DNA of 64,000 bases from Candidatus Berkelbacteria bacterium. GTDB lineage: Bacteria; Patescibacteriota; UBA1384; DTJR01. The stretch spans positions 19,840 to 83,839 of the forward strand of contig JAOUGE010000001.1 in assembly GCA_029865605.1 (NCBI GenBank), given 5' to 3'. Numbering within the stretch: the stretch's first letter is position 1; each line of letters opens with the position of its first letter. This document shows, piece by piece, positions 58,330-64,000 of this stretch. The translations under genes and the position numbers were made by a program. Under the pieces are notes generated by a model. The model had not been told where the DNA came from and searched no databases. It worked only from the letters and a program-made list of their open reading frames with translations.

Positions 58330-59436
58330 GTGAAGGTAGCGATAGATATTCAAACAACCCTTGGCCAGCCGACCGGCTTTGGTTTTTATGTTTCAAACTT
58401 AGTCAGGGAATTGGAAAAGATAAAAAGCGAGTTCGAATTTTCCCTTATAAGACCAACGTCTGAAGTCGATTTTTCAACCCCCCAGCGATTTATTTGGGAC
58501 CAATTTACCTTGCCTCGTCGAGCAAAAAGTGAGGGTGTAGCTCTCATTCATCAGCCCTGTTTCTCGCCGCCTTTTTTCTTTGCGGGTCCTGTGGTTGTGA
58601 CAATTCATGACATTATCAGTATTTTATTTCCCGAAAATATCCCCTTTGCTTCAAGAATGTTCTATTCAAAATGGATGCCTTTTTCTTACCGCAAAGCGGC
58701 TCAAATCATTACAATTTCTCAGTCAACCCGGAAAGACATCACCCGGGTTCTAAAAATTCCTGAAGAAAAAATTACCGTGATTGAGCTAGCAGTTGACGAG
58801 AGGTTTAAGGAGGCTCCTCGAAAAAGTGAAGTTGAGAGAGTTGCCCGCAAGTACGGCTTAAAAAAGGACTACATTTTGCATCTCGGCACGCTTGAGCCGA
58901 GAAAAAACCTGGGATTTTTAATTGACGTCTTTTTCTCGCTCATTAAAAATAAAAACTGTGCTGAAACGAACTTAGTTGTTACCGGCAAAAAAGGTTGGTA
59001 TTACGAAGGACTTTTTGAAAAGGTTAAAGATTTAGGTCTTGAAAAGAGAGTCATCTTCACTGGCTATGTTGAAGATTGCGATAAGCCGGCTCTTTATAAG
59101 GGAGCAAAGGTTTTTGCCTTTCCTTCTCTTTATGAGGGATTCGGCCTTCCGCCTCTTGAGGCAATGGCCTCAGGAATTCCTGTTATTTCCTCGGATACTT
59201 CTTCGATGCCGGAGGTTGTAGATGAGGCAGGGATTTTGCTTTCGCCGGAAGATAAGGCAAGTTGGGTAAAATCTTTATTAAGAGTCTTTTCAGAAGATGC
59301 CCTGATTCGCAGGATGCAGGAGCAAAGCAAAAAACAAGCTGATAAGTTTTCTTGGCAAACGACCGCTCAGAAGACAATCGAAGTTTATCGCAAAGCTCTA
59401 AGGGGGGGCTCAGAAACAAATTCAAATGAGCAGTAA
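58330..59436 (+). CDS. Glycosyltransferase family 4
   Basis: TIHD, GTLEPRKN, PSLYEGFGLPPLEAMA. Confidence 0.93.
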   Translation: MKVAIDIQTTLGQPTGFGFYVSNLVRELEKIKSEFEFSLIRPTSEVDFSTPQRFIWDQFTLPRRAKSEGVALIHQPCFSPPFFFAGPVVVTIHDIISILFPENIPFASRMFYSKWMPFSYRKAAQIITISQSTRKDITRVLKIPEEKITVIELAVDERFKEAPRKSEVERVARKYGLKKDYILHLGTLEPRKNLGFLIDVFFSLIKNKNCAETNLVVTGKKGWYYEGLFEKVKDLGLEKRVIFTGYVEDCDKPALYKGAKVFAFPSLYEGFGLPPLEAMASGIPVISSDTSSMPEVVDEAGILLSPEDKASWVKSLLRVFSEDALIRRMQEQSKKQADKFSWQTTAQKTIEVYRKALRGGSETNSNEQ

Positions 59437-60520
59437 TAAACCAAAAATAGTTTTTGTTTCAGAGTCAATCAGACGTGACTCTCATGCTCCCTTGAGATAT
59501 CTGAGAGGCTTCAAAGTTGTTCATTTTTATCTTAAAGCACCCTATAAAGATATGACAAAGGAAGATTTCAAGGGTTCGTGGCAAGTAAGCGGGCAGGAGC
59601 TTTTTGAGAAGATAATCAATGAAAAACCGGTAATTATTCAAGGGGTTGAACCCTTTGGCTCAAGGGTTGCCTTCTATCTTGCCTATATTTGCTATAAAGC
59701 AGCCAGGGCAACCCGGGCAAAATTAGTCGTCCCTGTTTTGGAAAACCGACCGGTTGCTGAACGTTTCAATCTTTGGCAGAGGTTTTTTCTGCGGCTCTTT
59801 TGCCCCATTCTCTTTAAGCAAGCTGCGGCAGTGGTTACGTTAAACAACGGCGCGGTAAGAAATGTCAAGTCTTATTATAAAGACGCTAAGATCAAGCGCG
59901 GCATTATTTGGGGAGTTTGGGGAGTAGACCTTGATCTGTTTCGTCCGGTTGGCCCCCGTGAACATGGAAAAATTATTTTTGTTGGCAGGCTGATCGAGGA
60001 TAAGGGGCTAAGGTATTTAGTAGAGGGTTTTAAAATGGCGAGCCGTAAGCTTCCATATTTGCACCTTCAGCTGGTCGGTCAAGGACCGTACGAAAAAGAA
60101 TTAAGGGATTACGTTAAAAAGGAAGGCCTCGAGCGGCAGGTTGATTTTGCCGGCGCCGTCCCAAATACCGAGTTACCAAGGTATTTTTCCTCGGCCGAGA
60201 TCGCCGCCTATCTCTCGATTACAATGAAAAGATGGGAAGAACAGGTTGGAACGGTTAATTTCCAGGCTTTGGCCTGTGGCACCGTGGTCTTAACCGCTAA
60301 AAGCGGGGCGATTCCGGAGTATATTAAAGAGGGGGAAGGCGCGATTTTAGTTCGTGAGAGAAGCTCGAGCGCAATAGAGAAGGCAATCCTAAAATTTTAT
60401 AATAATCGTACTTTTCGGCGCAGACTCTTTGCCTCGACTCTGCCCGCCTCAAAAAACTTTGATATTAAAGGTGAAATTTCAAAAGCCGAAAAACTCTTTG
60501 AGGAGATTCTATTGAAATGA
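59426..60520 (+). CDS. Glycosyltransferase family 4
   Basis: FVGRLIEDKG, WEEQVG...QALACG. Confidence 0.88.
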   Translation: MSSNKPKIVFVSESIRRDSHAPLRYLRGFKVVHFYLKAPYKDMTKEDFKGSWQVSGQELFEKIINEKPVIIQGVEPFGSRVAFYLAYICYKAARATRAKLVVPVLENRPVAERFNLWQRFFLRLFCPILFKQAAAVVTLNNGAVRNVKSYYKDAKIKRGIIWGVWGVDLDLFRPVGPREHGKIIFVGRLIEDKGLRYLVEGFKMASRKLPYLHLQLVGQGPYEKELRDYVKKEGLERQVDFAGAVPNTELPRYFSSAEIAAYLSITMKRWEEQVGTVNFQALACGTVVLTAKSGAIPEYIKEGEGAILVRERSSSAIEKAILKFYNNRTFRRRLFASTLPASKNFDIKGEISKAEKLFEEILLK

Positions 60521-61974
60521 AGTTAGATTTTTTCAAGAAATTGCTTTTGGGGATTTTCGCACTTATCGTTATCGTCTTTTTAAGCTTGGTTATGAATTTT
60601 TTTGAGCCTCCTGTCGGGCAGGCGATTGTGGTGTTTTTTGGCTTAGCCGTCTTATTATTACCCTTATTTTTAAAAAAGCCGGAGGTCGGCCTTGCTCTGA
60701 TGGGCTTCTTCCTTCCCTTCGAAAGAATTCCGTCGGTGGAAATTGCCGGAGCGTCAGTAAAAATAAATCACGTCTTAGCTCTTGTCTTGCTAGTAAGCTT
60801 TCTCATCTCTAAGCTTGCTCAAAAAAAGCTTATTATCCCCCGTGATCCGGTCAGGACCATAATTATTTTGTTTCTTTTCACCTTGACTCTTTCTATGTCA
60901 ATTGCGCCAAATATCACTCGCTCGGTTCAGGTTTTTGCCTTTTTGGTTTTGATGTTTTTAATTTATTTAACGGTAACCCTTATTGCCCAAGATAAAAAAG
61001 CGGTTATTTGGGCTGTTTCGGGTATTCTGTGGGGAGCGGTTGCCGCCTCGCTGGTTGGTTTTTGGCAGTTTTTTGGCGACATGGCTGGCTTGCCTAATAC
61101 TATCACTCTCCTGAAGGAAGGTTATGACAAGACCACCTTCGGATTTGCCCGAGTTCAGGGGTTGTCAGCCGAGCCCTTGTATTTTTCTAACTATATTTTT
61201 ATTCCGCTTTTTGTCAGTATCATTCTTGTTATAAGAGGAAAGGTAGGGGTCTTATTTCCGAAATTCTTGACTGTTCCCTTGGTTTGCGCACTCTTAATTA
61301 ATTTGGTTTTAGCTATTGCCAGGGGAGCTTATTTGGCCGCCGGAGTCAGTTTTATTCTTTTGATAATCACTCAAATTAAAACGTTGCTTAAGGCAAGGAT
61401 AATTGTTCCTACTCTCGCCGCGATCTTTGTTGTGCTGATTGGCTCGTATATTGCTCTTATGAAAAGCGAACCCAGAGCGTTGGATGAATTTATTTCTCAC
61501 GTCAGAGTTGAAGATCGGGAAGAGGGAGAATCAGTAGTTTCAAGAGTTAATGCCTCGAAGCAAGCCCAAGAGATATTCGAAGACAATGTGATTTTCGGTA
61601 CCGGGCTTGGCAATTTTGGGCCTATTGTTCAAGGGAACCCTTATGAAAAACCGGAAGAGGGGTGGTTTATTGTTAACAATGAGTACCTTGAAATCCTGGC
61701 CGAGAACGGAATCATCGGCTTTACCGCCTTTGTCGCTTTATTGGCTGTTGTTTTTATAAGGGCTTTAGTGGCGTACTTCAAGGCCCGCGATGCCTTACTG
61801 AAAGCGCTGGTTTTAGGGCTTATCTTTGCATTTATTGCGATTTTGGCTCAGTATGCTACTTTTTCAACCCTCTATATCATTCACTTTTGGTTTTTGCTAG
61901 GGCTCATGTCGGCAGTTTCCACTTTGATACTCAATAATCAAGAACGAGGTGTTAAAAGTGAAAAGAGTATTTAA
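60517..61974 (+). CDS. O-antigen ligase / oligosaccharyltransferase-like protein
   Basis: ARGA, GTGLGNF, NNEYLEILAENGIIG. Confidence 0.88.
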   Translation: MKLDFFKKLLLGIFALIVIVFLSLVMNFFEPPVGQAIVVFFGLAVLLLPLFLKKPEVGLALMGFFLPFERIPSVEIAGASVKINHVLALVLLVSFLISKLAQKKLIIPRDPVRTIIILFLFTLTLSMSIAPNITRSVQVFAFLVLMFLIYLTVTLIAQDKKAVIWAVSGILWGAVAASLVGFWQFFGDMAGLPNTITLLKEGYDKTTFGFARVQGLSAEPLYFSNYIFIPLFVSIILVIRGKVGVLFPKFLTVPLVCALLINLVLAIARGAYLAAGVSFILLIITQIKTLLKARIIVPTLAAIFVVLIGSYIALMKSEPRALDEFISHVRVEDREEGESVVSRVNASKQAQEIFEDNVIFGTGLGNFGPIVQGNPYEKPEEGWFIVNNEYLEILAENGIIGFTAFVALLAVVFIRALVAYFKARDALLKALVLGLIFAFIAILAQYATFSTLYIIHFWFLLGLMSAVSTLILNNQERGVKSEKSI

Positions 61975-63139
61975 AGTCTTGCTTTCCCTCACCGTCATTT
62001 CTTTGCCCTTTTATATTCTCCGTTTTAGAATTGGTCCAATTCCTTCGACGGCGCTCGAGGTGTTGATTTATTTGACTTTTATCGCCGCCATATTTTCGGG
62101 AGCTTTTCGCGAAATTAAAAACAAACGGGCGATTTCATATGGTTTCCTTTTTATTTTTGTCGGGCTTTTGGGCGTGTTTTTTGATCCCGACCAGTCGCGA
62201 GCTCTGGGACTCTGGAAGGCCTACTTTTTCGATGGATACCTCATTTTTTTGTCCGTTCTGTCTGTTAAAGATGAAAGCCGCGATTTGGTCAGAAACCTGT
62301 TGGTCTTCTCCGGTGCGCTGACGGCAGTTTTGGCAATCGCTCTTTTCCTTTCGGGTGTAAAAACAGTTGATGGGCGGCTCTATGATCTCGATCGTTTAAG
62401 CCCGAATTATTTAGCAATGTATTTAGCCCCGATCCTTATTTTGTCCGGCGTCGTTTTAGTTAATAATATTAAAGCCCATAAAAACCGTATTTTTCCTGCT
62501 CTAAGCGCCTTTTTAATGGTAGCGGCTCTGATCTTAACCCAGTCGAGAGGCGCTTTGATTGCTGTCGGAGGGGTGGTTTTGGTCGCTGCCTACTATCTTT
62601 TCTCTCGCCGGAAGGGTTCTCGTCCTGCCTATCAAGCAATCTTCTGGGCAGCTCTTATTTTGTTTTTTACTTTGACTTTTTATCTTTTTAGGCCTGATTT
62701 TGCCGATCACGAGCGCAAGGCAACCTCCTCGAATATCCGCTATTATATTTGGTCAACGAGCCTGGAAATCGCCCGGCACGAACCGTTCTTTGGCGTAGGC
62801 CTCGGAAATTATCAGGATTACTTTACAAATCTGACAAAAGACAGAGTAAATTACCCGGAATACATCTCCCCCCAAGCTTTGACGGCTCACAATCTCTACC
62901 TTCACTTTTATCTTGCCGTGGGTGTCTTGGGGCTGGCTTCTTTTATCCTGCTCGTTATCAGCTCAAGGTTTTGGCGCACATATGATATTGCCGCTTCGGC
63001 TGCTCTCATAACCATTCTTTTTTATGGTTTGGTTGACACGCCGTTTTTTAGAAACGATCTTTCGGCCCTCTTTTGGATAATTCTGGCTTTATGCTACGGC
63101 TATAAAAGAAAAAATCGCTCACTTGATTTATCTTCATAA
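61958..63139 (+). CDS. O-antigen ligase / oligosaccharyltransferase-like protein
   Basis: PNYLA, TQSRGA, R..IW, GVGLGNY, AHNLYL. Confidence 0.88.
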   Translation: MKRVFKVLLSLTVISLPFYILRFRIGPIPSTALEVLIYLTFIAAIFSGAFREIKNKRAISYGFLFIFVGLLGVFFDPDQSRALGLWKAYFFDGYLIFLSVLSVKDESRDLVRNLLVFSGALTAVLAIALFLSGVKTVDGRLYDLDRLSPNYLAMYLAPILILSGVVLVNNIKAHKNRIFPALSAFLMVAALILTQSRGALIAVGGVVLVAAYYLFSRRKGSRPAYQAIFWAALILFFTLTFYLFRPDFADHERKATSSNIRYYIWSTSLEIARHEPFFGVGLGNYQDYFTNLTKDRVNYPEYISPQALTAHNLYLHFYLAVGVLGLASFILLVISSRFWRTYDIAASAALITILFYGLVDTPFFRNDLSALFWIILALCYGYKRKNRSLDLSS

Positions 63140-63163
63140 TTTAAAAGCATACTCGCAGTAAAA

Positions 63164-63868
63164 ATGAAATCTTTGTCTGTTGTTATTCCGACTTATAACG
63201 AGAGGAAGAGGCTTCCGAAAACGATTGCCGAAGTTGAAAAATACCTGCTTGACAATTGTCCGGACAGCGAAGTTATTATTTCCGAAGCAGGCTCGACCGA
63301 TGGAACGGTCAATTACATCAAAAATTTAAAGTTGCGTGTCCCTCTGAGGTTGGTTATTGCCCCTGAGCGGGAAGGCAAGGGAATGGGGGTAAAGAGAGGG
63401 ATTCTTGAATCGAAAAAGGATTGGGTTCTCTTTATGGACGCAGATAATTCAACCCGGCTTTCGGAGATTGAAAAATTTGTTTCCCTGCAAGATGAGTTTG
63501 ATGTTATTATCGGCTCGCGCTATGCCGGAATCGTTCAAAAAGTAAAACAGAATTTAGTCCGTAGGACGGTTTCAAGGCTCGGCGCTTTTTCGGTCAGGGT
63601 GATTACTGGCCTTGGCTACAAAGATACGCAATGCGGTTTTAAGATGTTCTCTAAAGAGGCGGCAAAAAAAATATTTTCGAATTTATCGACGGAAGGATGG
63701 GGTTTTGATGTTGAAGTTTTGCTTTTAGCTAAAAAATTTAGTTTTAAGGTGGCGGAAGTAGGTGTCTCCTGGAGCGACGCTGAAGGCTCGCATCTTCGCT
63801 CCGGCCAAGATTCCTGGCGAACATTTCTTGAAGTTTTAAAAATAAAGCGCAACGTGAAGAAAGTTTAA
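63164..63868 (+). CDS. GT2 polyprenol-phosphate glycosyltransferase
   Basis: VIPTYNE, FMDAD, DTQCGFK, GFDVE. Confidence 0.9.
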   Translation: MKSLSVVIPTYNERKRLPKTIAEVEKYLLDNCPDSEVIISEAGSTDGTVNYIKNLKLRVPLRLVIAPEREGKGMGVKRGILESKKDWVLFMDADNSTRLSEIEKFVSLQDEFDVIIGSRYAGIVQKVKQNLVRRTVSRLGAFSVRVITGLGYKDTQCGFKMFSKEAAKKIFSNLSTEGWGFDVEVLLLAKKFSFKVAEVGVSWSDAEGSHLRSGQDSWRTFLEVLKIKRNVKKV

Positions 63869-63898
63869 GTAGCTGAAGTGGATTGACTGAAGTAAAAA

Positions 63899-64000
63899 AT
63901 GAAAATCGCGATTGATGTGACTAGAGCAGTAGTTGAAACAGCGGGTATAGGCCGTTATATAAGGGATCTGACCCATCATCTTCTTGACCTTGACCGCGAA
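63899..64000 (+). CDS. Glycosyltransferase family 4, 5' part only
   Basis: MKIAIDVTRAVVETAGIGRYIRDL runs off the window edge. Confidence 0.75.
   Translation, partial: MKIAIDVTRAVVETAGIGRYIRDLTHHLLDLDRE

Overview
A 64-kb chromosomal window from a bacterium using genetic code 11. It is most likely a Patescibacteria/CPR genome; this is an inference from the DUF5663 protein, the array of VirB2-like pilins with PrgI and VirB4, TrmB regulators paired with a Cys-rich CPR-type protein, the short ProRS and the REP-like repeats. Contents from left to right: (1) a T4SS-like operon at 4.2-15.4 kb (PrgI, a VirB4 partner, VirB4, a PEGA/propeller protein, a solute-binding lipoprotein, five pilin-like genes and a GH73+CHAP wall hydrolase), preceded by an 857-aa glycine-zipper protein that carries a copy of the FtsZ C-terminal peptide consensus (DIDIPAFLRR); (2) a PilB/GspE ATPase; (3) tRNA-Ser and rpmH-rnpA-yidD-yidC; (4) a 1429-aa surface protein, ddl and envelope genes; (5) two TrmB/cargo modules, each beginning with a copy of a direct repeat; (6) ychF; (7) tRNA-Glu preceded by an orphan tRNA 5' half; (8) an ABC exporter, mpg and proS; (9) a second, minus-strand cluster with two extended VirB6-like proteins and an HEXXH protein; (10) a glycosylation locus. 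About eight small GC-rich stand-alone loci are scattered through the window, most with a strong SD and a 3' hairpin and several with a TTGACA promoter, whereas several core genes appear leaderless. No CRISPR array, integrase, transposase or rRNA was seen. All calls come from motif recognition by eye; no database searches were run.
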